64,000 bases of DNA, taken from the NCBI RefSeq assembly GCF_044704955.1, contig NC_091984.1, positions 146,878,001 to 146,942,000 of the forward strand. Direction: 5' to 3'. Origin of the DNA: Pristiophorus japonicus (Eukaryota). The translations under genes and the position numbers were made by a program. The notes below the pieces were generated by a model. That model saw only the letters and a list, made by a program, of their open reading frames with translations. It did not search any database and was not told the origin of the DNA. Below are positions 11,226-22,795 of the stretch, piece after piece; the first letter of the stretch is position 1, and every line of letters begins with the position of its first letter.

Positions 11226-12407
11226 GTGTCAGACTAATCGACCAGGAGGTGTCAGCCGTGGCTCAGTCACTAGCATGCTCGGCTCTGAGAAAAGGAAGAT
11301 TTGCATTTTCAGATGAGACGTTAAACCGAAGTCCCGTCTGCCCTCTCAGGTGGACACGAAAGATCTCATAATCACTACTGGAAGGGCAAGAGGGTGCTTC
11401 CCAGTGTCCTGGCCAATATTTATTCCACAACCAACATAGTTAAAACCGATGATCTGGTCATGATCTCATTGCAGTCTGGAAGCTTCATGGAATCGGAGAA
11501 ATTTACAGCATGAAAGGAGGCCATTCGGCCCATCATGTCCACGCCGGCCGACAAAGATCAATCCAGCCTGATCCCACTTTCCAGCTCTTGGTCCATAGCC
11601 CTGTGGGTTACGGCACTTCACGTGTAGATCGAAATAATTTTTAAATGTGGTGAGGGTTTCTGCCTCTACCATCCTTTCAGGCAGTGAGTTCCAGACCCGC
11701 AACAGCCTCCGTTCTATCCACTCTATCTCGGGCCCTCATAATTTTATACACCTCAATAAGGTCTCCCCTCAGCCTCCTCTATTCCAAAGAAAACAACCCC
11801 AGCCTATCCAATCTTTCCTCATAGCTAAAATTTTCCAATCCAGGCAACATCCTCGTAAATCTTCCTGTGTGCAATTGGTTGTAAAGCAACTTTGGAAGTC
11901 CTGAGGTTGTGAAAGGCGCTATATAAATTCAAGGCTTTCTTTCATTGAAGTGGGAGGGCCCAGATCACGACCCTCAGCCATTGTCCGCGCACTCTGACCT
12001 CCCAGGAGGTCACGGGATCAGTGACCCTGCCTGATCCCGGTACACTGAGGCTAATTGTAGCCTCACCCTTGACCTCACCCCGGTGCTGGGCAGCAAGCTT
12101 TTAAATGCAATCTAGAAGCTTCTACACCGACACCCAACATGAAGCCTTGCTGAAGTGTGTTTATACAAGTGTGCTGCAATGTTCCCTGATAAAGTTCTCC
12201 CGATCTGTGTGTGATCTGAGCTTTCTCACTGCTGAGCCTGTTTCCCCTGTATCCACCCATCTACAGTTCGAGCTTCCTGCCAGTGAACAGCATCTTAACG
12301 GGACACTCAGTCTTTACCGACTCTTACTGTTAACCATTTCAGTGCTGAATGTGTGCCAATCCTGCACTGCAGATGTTAATACAACAGTCCAATATGATTT
12401 TGAGTAT

Positions 12408-12700
12408 CAGCCGTAGCTCGGTGCGTTGCACTCTCGCCTCTGAGTCAGAAGGTTTGTGGGTTCAAGTCCCACTCCAGGGACTTGAGCACAAAAATCTAGA
12501 CTGACACTTCAGTGCAGTGCTGAGGGAGGGCTGCACTGTTGGAGGTGCCATCTTTCGGATGAGACATTAAACCGAGATCCCGTCTGCCCTCTCAGGTGGA
12601 TGTAAAAGATCCCAGGACACTATTTCGAAGAAGAGCAGGGGAGTTCTCCCCGGTGTCCTGGTCAATATTTATCCCTCACGCAACATGACAGAAGAACACA
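12408..12700 (+). mobile_element. tRNA-derived SINE (DeuSINE/SacSINE1-like), 3' truncated
   Basis: B-box GGGTTCAAGTCCC; body nearly identical to the copies at 15820 and 25866. Confidence 0.7.
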
Positions 12701-13189
12701 TTATCACCACCCTCTGAGTGAAGACGTTTCTCCTCATCTCAGTTCTAAATGGCTGACCTCTTATTCGGAGACTGCGACCCCTGGTTCTGGACTCCCCAGC
12801 CAGAGGAAACATCTACCCTGTCAAGCCCTGTCAGAATTGTGTATGATTGAATGGGATCCCTTCTCATTCTTCTAAACTCTAGAGAGTATAGGCCTTGGAA
12901 CTTGTGGAACCAAGGCGGGTAGATGGAGTTCAGATACCGATGAGCCGTGATCTGATTGAATGGGGGAACAGGCTCGAGGTGCTGAATGGTCTCCTCCTGT
13001 ACATTGTGTCCAGCAGCAGCTGTGTCCCTCTCCGCAACCTCATCTTGACTTTTATCAGTCGCATCAGAGCCTTGATTCCCTCACCAGGGGGCTGGTGTTT
13101 CCAGATCAAGGTCCAGCTGATCGATGCCATGAGTCAGACTCAGTGAGCGCTGTCAGAGGATGGCAAGGCTGCTCTAACTGCAGCCTTGT

Positions 13190-13980
13190 TCTAATGCATT
13201 TGGGGAGGGGCAACAAGGCAAGGGAATACACAATAAATGGGAGCGTACTGAGAGAGGTGGAGGAACGGGGGGACCTTGGAATGCAGGTCCACAGATCCCT
13301 GAAGGTCGCAGGTCAGGTCGATAGATGCTTAAAAAGACAGACGGAATGCTTGCCTTTATTAGCCGAGGCATAGAATACAAGATCAGGGAGGTTATCCTTG
13401 AACTGTATAAAACACTAGTTAGGCCACAGTTAGAGTACTGCAGACAGTTCTGGTCACCGCATTACAGGAAAGATGTGATTACACGAGAGAGGGGACAGAG
13501 GAGATTCACGAGGATGTTGCCGGGACTGGAGAATTTTAGCTATGAGGAAAGATTGGATCTGCTGGGGGTGTTTTCAGTGGAACAGAGGAGGCTGAGGGGA
13601 GACCTTATTGAGGTGTATAAAATGATGAGGGGCCTAGATAGAGTAGATAGAATGGACCCATTTCCCTTTGCAGAGGGGTCAACAACCAGGGGGCATAGAT
13701 TTAAAGTAATTGGTGGAAGGTTTAGAGGGGAGATGAGGAAACAATTCTTCACCCAGAGGGTGGTGGGGGTCTTGAACTCACTGCCTGAAAGGGTGGTAGA
13801 GGCAGAAACCCTCACCACATTTAAAAAGTACTTGGATGTGCCCTTAAAGTGCTGTAACCCACAGGGCTACGGACCCAGAGCTGGAAAGTGGGATTAGGCT
13901 GGGTAGCTCTTTGTTGGCCGGCAAGGACACGATGAGCCGAAGTGCCCTCCTTCCGTGCTGTAATTTTCTGTGATTCTATG
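13190..13980 (+). mobile_element. CR1 3' end
   Basis: ORF 13325-13897: LYKTLVRPQLEYC, RRLRGDLIEVYK; tail GATTCTATGATT. Confidence 0.88.
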
Positions 13981-14088
13981 ATTGTGCTGGTGGTGTTAAC
14001 CACTTTAAAAGACGCAGCATACATTTTATTGAAACTATTTCCGTCCCCGGTTTCCCCGCTGCCAATAATTGGATCAATTGATGCTGTA

Positions 14089-14102
14089 GCGCCCCCTTGT
14101 GG
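14089..14102 (-). promoter_or_regulatory. Candidate CTCF site in the J-C intron
   Basis: Minus strand reads CCACAAGGGGGCGC(TA), a close match to the CTCF core consensus. Confidence 0.5.
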
Positions 14103-14409
14103 TACATCTATATGGGCTCCACCCAAACCCCTGCTTTCAACCCTTGAACCCACATTGCCTACGCTAGCTGGAGCCCCGCTCCTTAATCACAGCATCTCAC
14201 AGCACAGAAGGAGGCCATTCGGCCCATCAAACCAGTGCTGGCTCTTTGAAAGAGCAATGGACTACTATGGCCTGGACTAATGATCCAGAGACACGAGTTC
14301 AAATCCCACCACGGCAGCTGGGGAATTTAAATTTAGTTCATTAAATAAATCTGGAATAAAAAGCAAGTGTCAGTAATGGTGACCATGAAACTGCCGGATT
14401 GTCATAAAA

Positions 14410-15632
14410 ACCCACCTACCTGGCCTGCTATCTTCAGGGATCTGTGGACATGCAAACCAAGGTCCCTTTGTTCCTCTACACTCCTCAGTATCCTACCATT
14501 TAATGTGTATTCCCTTGCCTTGATAGACCTCCCCAAATGCATGACCTCACACTTCTCCAGATTAAATTCCATTTGCCACTGTTCTGCCCACCTGACCATT
14601 TCATTGATATCTTTCTGCAATCTGCAGCTTTTTTCTTCATTATCAACCACACGACCGATTTTAGTGTCATCTGCAAACTACCCCCTACATTCAAGTCCAA
14701 ATCATTGATATATACCACAAAAAATTAGGGACCTAGTGCTGACCTCTGCGGAACCCCCCTGGAAATAGCCTTCCAGTCACAAAAACACCCATCAACCATT
14801 ACACTTTGCTTCCTGCCTCTGAGCCAATTTTGGATCAACTTGCAACTTTGCCCTGGATCCCATGGGCTTTTACTTTCATGACCAGTCTGCAATGTGGCAC
14901 CTTATCAAAAGTCTTGCTAAAATCCATACACACCACATCAAACGCACTGCCCTCATCGATCCTCCTTATTACTTCTTCGGTGAATTCAATTAAGTTAGTC
15001 AGACATGACCTTCCCTTAACAAATCCATCCTGACTGTCCTTGATTAATCCATCTATCTAAATGAAGATTCAACCTGTCTCTCAGGATTTTTTCCAATAAT
15101 TTTCCTACCACTGAGGTTAGGCTGACTGGCCTGTAATTACTCGGTCTATCCCTTTCTCCCTTTTTCAACAAAGATACCATGTTAGCAGTCCTCCAGTCCT
15201 CCTGCACCACACCTGTAGCCAGAGAGGATTGAAAATGATGGTCAGAGCCTCTGCTATTTCCTCTTTTGATTCTCTTAACAGCCTGGGATACATTTCATCC
15301 AGGCCAGGGGATTTATCCACCCTCAAAGTTGCTAAGCTCCTTAATACTTCCTCTCTCACTATGTTTATTTCATCTAATATTTCACACTCCTCCTCCCTGA
15401 TTGCAATGTCTACATCGCCCCTCTCTTTTGTGAAAACAGACGCAAAGTATTCAGTGAGAACCAGACCCATGTCTTCTGTCTCCACACACAGATTACCTTT
15501 ATGGTCTCTAATAGGCTCTACTCTTTCTTTAATTATCCTCCTGCTCTTAATGTATTTATAAAACATCTTTGGGTTTTCCTTGATTTTACTTGCCAAAATG
15601 TTTTCATACTCTCTCTTTGCTTTCCTAATTTC
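14410..15632 (-). mobile_element. CR1 RT fragment
   Basis: DKSPGLDEMYPRLL, NYRPVSLTSVVGKLLE, WAEQWQMEFNLEKCEVMHLG. Confidence 0.85.
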
Positions 15633-15819
15633 CTTTCTCACTGCTGAGCCTGTTTCCCCTGTATCCACCCATCTACAGTTCGAGCTTCCTGCCAGTGAAC
15701 AGCATCTTAACGGGACACTCAGTCTTTACCGACTCTTACTGTTAACCATTTCAGTGCTGAATGTGTGCCAACCCTGCACTGCAGATGTTTATACAACAGT
15801 CAAATATGATTTTAATTAT

Positions 15820-16280
15820 CAGCCGTGGCTCAGTGCGTTGCACTCTCGCCTCGGAGTCAGAAGGTTGTGGGATCAAGTCCCACTTCAGGGACTTGAGCAC
15901 AAAAATCTAGACTGACACTCCAGTGCAGTGCTGAGGGAGCGCTGCACTGTCGGAGGTGCCGTCTTTCAGATGAGACGTTAAACCGAGGCCCCGTCTGCCC
16001 ACTCAGGTGGATGTAAAAGATCCCATGCCACTATTTTGAAGAAGAGCAGGGGAGTTCTCCCCGGTGTCCTGGTCAATATTTATCCCTCAACCAACATGAC
16101 AAAAGAACAGATTATCAGGTCGTTATCAAATCGCTGTTTGTGGAAGCTTGCTGTGCGCAGATTGGCTGCTGTGTTTCCCACATTACAACAGTGACTGCAC
16201 TCCAAAAGTACTTCATTGGCTGTAAAGTGCTTTGAGATAACCGCTGGTTGTGAAAGGCGTAATATAAATGCAAGATTTTC
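15820..16280 (+). mobile_element. tRNA-derived SINE (DeuSINE/SacSINE1-like), near full length with an L2-like tail
   Basis: tRNA-like head, conserved body, tail GTGAAAGGCGTAATATAAATGCAAG. Confidence 0.75.
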
Positions 16281-16522
16281 TTTTTTTTTAAGCACCTTAA
16301 CATCAAACGCATTTATATTTAGATTAAACTTATCAAGCGAGGCAAAGAAGATTAAGAATTAGTGTTGCTCGCCTCGAATGGTTAATCACCAGCCAGGAGT
16401 TCATCAACCCAACTCTCCGTTATCAGATGTGAATTATCCCCACACGGAAACACCCACAGTGACACACACAGACACACACACACTAATTTACACCTATTAA
16501 ACATCCTTCTCCTCCCTTTCAG

Positions 16523-16851
16523 GCCGAGGGAAGACACCACCCACGCTGACCCTGCTGCCCCCCTCCCCGGAGGAGGTCACGACCAAGGGCACTGCCACCC
16601 TGGTGTGCCTCGCCGATCACTTCTACCCCGATGCGGTGGAGGTGGAGTGGAAGAAGGACGGGGCGACCATTTCGGCCGGGGTCCAGACCAGCGACTACCT
16701 GCGAGCTTCGGACAACACCTACAGTGTCAGCAGCCTGCTGACCCTCTCTGGCTCCGACTGGGAGACCAACGCCAGCTTCTCCTGCAGCCTCACCCACGAG
16801 AGCCTCTCCTCTCCCCTCAGCAAGGGGGTCAGGAGAGCAGAATGTGCGTAG
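16523..16851 (+). CDS. IGKC: Ig kappa (type III/NS4-like) light chain constant exon
   Basis: Acceptor TTTCAG ending 16522; frame (S)RGKTPPTLTLLPPSPEEVTTKGTATLVCLADHFYPDAVEVEWKKDG...YSVSSLLTLSGSDW...FSCSLTHESLSSPLSKGVRRAECA*; both C1-set cysteines and the penultimate inter-chain Cys are present. Confidence 0.97.
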
Positions 16852-17346
16852 TGTGTCAGAGACAGTCCGGGGGAGACACAACTTTAAATAGAACAGGGGG
16901 TGAGCCGGGAGGGCAAAGGTCACTGTCAGCACTGCATTTCTACTCTCTTCCTTCTCGGGACTGGGTCAGGGAAATCATCTGAGGGTCAGGGGGTAAGGCA
17001 CGTTATTGGGGCAGTGTCATTGGAGCTTTACTCTGTATCTAACCTGTGCTGTACCTGCCCTGGGAGTGTTTGATGGGACAGTGTAGAGGGATCTTTACTC
17101 TGTATCTAACCCGTGCTGTACCTGCCCTGGGAGGGTTTGATGGGACAGTGTTGACTCGTGCTGCCAAGTAAAACCTCTCGAAGATGCTGAAGACTGTCAG
17201 CAGAGTAAAACTAATGTTAAACTGCGAAGTGCCGCTTCAGTAAGCAGACCCCCTCCCTGCTCACCCTGTTGTTACAATTCAAGGTTTTGTCCCCGTTTAA
17301 AGGGACAGGATTCTCACGGTGTGGAGAAAATCCACACAACTGTTTT

Positions 17347-17447
17347 AATAAAGCTGCATTCTCCCTGTGAATGTCTCCAGCTCGCTCTCGCTGGGCTGTT
17401 TATTCAAGTCTTGTTTTTGTAAATGTGAATCTGTAAAAGGCAATAAA
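17347..17447 (+). terminator. Two polyadenylation signals AATAAA (17347-17352 and 17442-17447) for the IgL transcript
   Basis: Canonical hexamers 0.5-0.6 kb after the stop codon, with GT-rich sequence downstream. Confidence 0.65.
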
Positions 17448-17973
17448 CGTGAAGAATATTCAGTCTGTGTCTGGCGAGTGCTTTGGAAATGTCCCACCTC
17501 CCCCTCAGCTGGATTGGCTGTATTTCAGTAAGTGTCTGTCTTGATTGGCTGGATGGGCTGTCAATCAATGGCACGTCAGCAGGAGATTTGATTCAAAGCC
17601 AATTATCAATCATTTTAAAACGATCAATTTGACCTCGAACCCCTGGAGTGCTCAAGATTAAACACAGAGACACTAAAAGCTGCTGGGATTAAACCCTCCC
17701 AGTCTGAGCATTGGCTCTCACTCTGCACACTGTGGGTGTTGGGGCAGCCCCCGATGGTGGGATCGCACTGTGCACTCTGTGCTGACTGCTGGGGACAATC
17801 TGGGGGCAGGAGGCCACAGTCACAACGTTGCATTCTCTCACCTTAACGTGTGGCTCGTGGCAGCAGCTCAAAACTGTACCGAGTGAGGCCTCAGCTTAGG
17901 GAGAGGAGCAGTCAGTGTATCACTGTGTACATGTCCCTGTGTGTTAGTGTGGCTTACCCAGCACCACCTGTAG

Positions 17974-18486
17974 GTGTGTGTGTGTGTGTCTGTTTACCCA
18001 GCACCCTCTGTAGGGGTGTGTGTGTGTGTGTGTGAGACTGTCACCCANNNNNNNNNNNNNNNNNNNNNNNNNNNNNNNNNNNNNNNNNNNNNNNNNNNNN
18101 NNNNNNNNNNNNNNNNNNNNNNNNNNNNNNNNNNNNNNNNNNNNNNNNNNNNNNNNNNNNNNNNNNNNNNNNNNNNNNNNNNNNNNNNNNNNNNNNNNNN
18201 NNNNNNNNNNNNNNNNNNNNNNNNNNNNNNNNNNNNNNNNNNNNNNNNNNNNNNNNNNNNNNNNNNNNNNNNNNNGTGTGTGTGTGTGACTGTCACNNNN
18301 NNNNNNNNNNNNNNNNNNNNNNNNNNNNNNNNNNNNNNNNNNNNNNNNNNNNNNNNNNNNNNNNNNNNNNNNNNNNNNNNNNNNNNNNNNNNNNNNNNNN
18401 NNNNNNNNNNNNNNNNNNNNNNNNNNNNNNNNNNNNNNNNNNNNNNNNNNNNNNNNNNNNNNNNNNNNNNNNNNNNNNNNNNNNNN
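17974..18486. repeat. (GT)n-containing repeat with two assembly gaps (18048-18275, 18297-18486)
   Basis: Direct inspection. Confidence 0.9.
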
Positions 18487-18994
18487 TGTCGGCCTGAGGA
18501 GTGCTCCGCGGTGATGCTCCAGCTCCTGGGGATGTCGGAGGTCTTTAGGGGACTGTGGGGGAGGAGGGGAGTGGAGTGGTGACCAGGGCAGATGATCAGG
18601 GGCTGACCTTGTGTGGAACGGTGGGGACCAGGGCGATCGGGGGGGGTGTTCTCAGGGAGTCTCACCAATACCCTGTGCAGATGTAGCAGGACATCTCTGC
18701 TTTTATACTCCATCCCCCTGACAATAAAGGACAACATTGCATTGGCTTTCCTGATCATTTGCTGTACCTGCATACTAACATTTTGTGTTTCATGCACCAG
18801 GTCCCTCTGTACTGCAGCAGTTTGCAAGTTTTCTCCTTTTAAAAAATAAATTGCTTTCCTATTCTTTCTGCCAAATGGATAACCTCACATTTTCCCACAT
18901 TATACTCCATCTGCCAATGTTTTGCCCACTCACTGAGCCTGTCTATATTCCTTTGCAGATTTTTAGTGTCCTCCTCACAATGTGCTTTCCCAGC

Positions 18995-19385
18995 CACCAT
19001 CATAGGCAGTCCCTCGGAATCGGGGAAGACTTGCTTCCAATCTTAAAATGAGTCGTTAGGTGACTGAACAGTCCAATACGAGAACCACAGTCCCTGCCAC
19101 AGGTGGGACAGACAGTCATTGAGGGTAAGGGTGGGTGGGACAGGTTTGCTGCACGTTCCTTCCACTGCCTGCACTTGATTTCTGCATGCACCACGGCGAT
19201 GAGATGCGAAGTGCTCAGCGCCATCCCAGATACATTTCCCAGACCCACTTAGGGAAGTCTTTGGCCAGGGTCTCCCAGGTGTCAGTGGGGATTTTGCACT
19301 TTATAAGGGAGGCTTTGAGGGTGTCTTTGTAACGTTCCTATGCCCACCTTTGGCTCGTTTGCCGTGAAGGAGTTCCGAGTTGAGC
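18995..19385 (-). mobile_element. RTE-like LINE 3' end
   Basis: C-terminal VCPTCGRDCGSRIGLFSHL and 3' tail GAGGGACTGCCTATGATG on the minus strand. Confidence 0.75.
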
Positions 19386-20449
19386 GAGTATTCAAAAAGG
19401 AGTTAGATGTAGTCCTTACTACTCGGGGGATCAAGGGGTATGGTGAGAAAGCAGGAATGGGGTACTGAAGTTGCATGTTCAGCCATGAACTCATTGAATG
19501 GCGGTGCAGGCTCGAAGGTCCGAATGGCCTACTCCTGCGCCTATTTTCTATGTTTCTATGTTTCTATGTTTCTATGTTTGGGTGTCTTGTGTCTGGCATG
19601 TGGACAATGTGGCCTGCCCATGGAGCTGATCAAGCGTGGTCAGTGCTTCAATGCTGGGGATGTTGGCCTGGTCGAGGACACTAATGTTGGTGCGTCTGTC
19701 CTCCCAGCAAACTTGACTACTTTACACTCAGTCCCTTCATCATTAATAGAGATTGTAAATAATTGAGGCCCCAGCACCGATCCCTGTGGCACCTCATTAG
19801 TTACTGTTTGCCAAAGGGAAAATGACCCAATTATCCTGAGTCTCTGTTTTCTGTTAGTTAGCCAATCCGCTATCCATGCTAATATAATACCCCCAGCCCC
19901 GTGAACTTTTATCTTGTGCCTTTAATGTGGCACCTTCTCGAATGCTTTCTGGAAATCCAAATACACCACATCCACTGGTTCCCCTTTATCCACCCTGCTC
20001 GGTACATCCTCAAAGAATTCCAGAAAATTTGTCAAACATGTTTCTATTGAAGTCCTTACTACTCGGGGGATGAAGGGGTATGGCGAGAAAGCAGGAATGG
20101 GGTACTGAAGTTTCATGTTCAGCCATGAACTCATTGAATGGCGGTGCAGGCTAGAAGGGCTGAATGGCCTACTCCTGCACCTATTTTCTATGTTTCTATG
20201 ATTTCCCTTTCATAAAACCGTGCTGACTCTGCTTGATTGAACTATGCTTTTCCAAATGTCCTGCTACTGCTTCCTTAATAATGGACTCCAGCATTTTCCC
20301 AACCACAGATGTTAGGCTAACTGGTCTATAGTTTCCTGCTTTCTGTCTGCCTCCTTTTTTAAATAGGGGTGTTACATTTGCTGTGCGTGCTTTGGAGAGG
20401 GCGTTAAAAGGAGCGGCGACATCCAGAATACCAGATTTTGCCTCAATTC

Positions 20450-20862
20450 AACAACAACAACTTGTATTTATATAGCGCCTTTAACGTAGTGAAACGTCCC
20501 AAGGCATTTCCCAGGAGTATTATGAAATACAAAAGTTGACACCGAGTCACATAAGAAGAAATTAGTGTAGGTGACCAAAAAGTTATGTTTTAAGGAGCGT
20601 CTTGAAGGAGGAAAGAGAGGTAGAGAGGCGGAGAGGTTTAGGGAGGGAGTTCCAGAGCTTGGGGTCTCGGTAACAGAAGGCACGGCCACCAATGGTTGAG
20701 AGATTATAATCAGGGATGCTCAGGAGGGCAGAATTGGAGGAGCACAGACATCTCGGGGGCTTGTGGGGCTGGAGGAGATTACAGAGATAGGGAGGGGCGA
20801 GGCCATGAAGAGATTTGAAAACAAAGATGAGAATTTAAAAAATCGAGGCATTGCTTAACCGG
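20450..20862 (-). mobile_element. L2-like LINE 3' end
   Basis: Tail GGCGCTATATAAATACAAGTTGTTGTTG on the minus strand; homologous to 34010-34430. Confidence 0.75.
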
Positions 20863-21780
20863 AAGCTGATGATGGTCTCTACCCTCCCCTTTCCCCCGTC
20901 CCCCCCAAGCTGCTCCCAAGCCTCGCTCCCTCCCCTCCCTCACTCCTGCCCTCCTCACACCCCATCCCTACTTCTCCCTCCCCCCATTCCCAACCCCCCC
21001 ATCCATCACCCTGCACTCCCTCCCCACCTCTGTGCCCCACTACCTCACACGCCCCTCCTACCCCCCATTCCCTCCGTCCCTCCCTAACTGGAGTAGTCCA
21101 TTCGGCCCCTCGAGCCTGCTCCACCATTCAATGAGATCATGGCTGATCTTTTACCTCATCTCCACTTTCCTGCACTGTCCCCATATCCCTCGATTCCCTT
21201 AAATTCCAAAAATCTATCGATCTCCGTCCTAAATATACTCAAAGACTGAGCCTCCACAGCCCTCTGGGGTAGAGAATTCCAGAGATTCACCACCCTCTGA
21301 GTGAAGAGGTTTCTCCTCATCTCAGTCCTAAATGGCCGACCCCTTATTCTGAGACTGTGACCCCTGGTTCGAGACTCCCCAGCCAGAGGAAACATCCTCC
21401 CTGCATCTACCCCGTCAAGCCGTCAGAATTCTGTATGTTTCAATGAGATCCCCTCTCTTTCTTGTAAACACTAGAGAATATAGGCCTAGTCTACTCAATC
21501 TCTCCATAGGACAATCCCCCATCCCAGATGTCTGTCTGATGTGTCAGCGTCTTTGTCACACGTGACGGAGCAGACAGCAGGAGTTCCACCAGCAACACAG
21601 GACGTTACCTCAGTGCCCGGCCCACTTTCCCCATCCACTTAGCTCATTCTTACAGGTAAACGGGCTCAGCACCTGCCCTCGGCCGGTGAAATGTCTCCCC
21701 TCTACACCACAGGCTGCCCGTCATCTGCTCCCCATCTCACTCCTGAAGGCACTACCTCTGGCTGGGGCACAGCTCCCCTC

Positions 21781-22228
21781 CCCAAGTGGGCTCATTGTCC
21801 CAGTGTGAGCCCAGAGACTGAGTTCCCCAAGTGGGCTCACTGTCCCAGTGTGAGCCCAGAGACTGAGCTCCCCAAGTGGGCTCACTGTCCCAGTGTGAGC
21901 CCAGAGACTGAGCTCCCCAAGTGGGCTCACTGTCCCAGTGTGAGCCCAGAGACTGAGCTCCCCAAGTGGGCTCACTGTCCCAGTGTGAGCCCAGAGACTG
22001 AGCTACCCAAGTGGGCTCACTGTCCCAGTGTGAGCCCAGAGACTGAGCTCCCCAAGTGGGCTCACTGTCCCAGTGTGAGCCCAGAGACTGAGCTCCCCAA
22101 GTGGGCTCACTGATCCAGTGTGAGCCCAGAGACTGAGCTCCCCAAATGGGCTCATTGACCCAGTGTGAGCCCAGAGACTGAGCTCCCCAAGTGGGCTCAC
22201 TCTCCCAGTGTGAGCCCAGAGAGTGAGC
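21781..22228. repeat. 45-bp hairpin minisatellite, 10 copies
   Basis: Same unit as 10958-11225. Confidence 0.95.
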
Positions 22229-22795
22229 GTGTCATGCTAATCGACCATGAGGTATCAGCCATGGCTTAGTCACAATCACGCTCGGCGCTGAGAAAATGAA
22301 GAAAGACTGGCATTTATATAGCGCCATTCACAACCACCAGACATCGCAAAATGCTTTACAGCCAATGAAGTATACTCACTGTTGTAATGTCGGAAATGCA
22401 GCAGCCAATTTGTGCACAGCAAGCTCCCACAAACTGCAATGTGATGACGACCAAATAATCTGCCATGTTGATTGAGGAATAAATATTGGCCAGGACACCG
22501 CAGTGGGATTTGAACCCTCAAATTCTGACTCCGAGGCAAGGGTGCTACCAACTGAGCCACTGGCTGACTCCATTCGGCCCATCTTGTCCGCGCTGGCCGA
22601 CAAATGGCTTTCTAGCCTAATCCCACTTTCCAGCTCTGGGTCCGTAGCCCTGTAGGTTACGGCACTTCAAGTGTACATCCAGGCACTTCAAGTGTACATC
22701 CAAGTACTTCTTAAATGTGGAGATTGTTTCTGCCTCTACCACCCTTTTAGGCAGTGAGTTCCAGACCCCCACCACCCTCTGTGTGAAGGCATTTC

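Noticed and set aside
12408-12480. tRNA gene (B-box GGTTCAAGTCC)
   Set aside because: It is the tRNA-derived head of a multi-copy SINE and does not form a complete cloverleaf.
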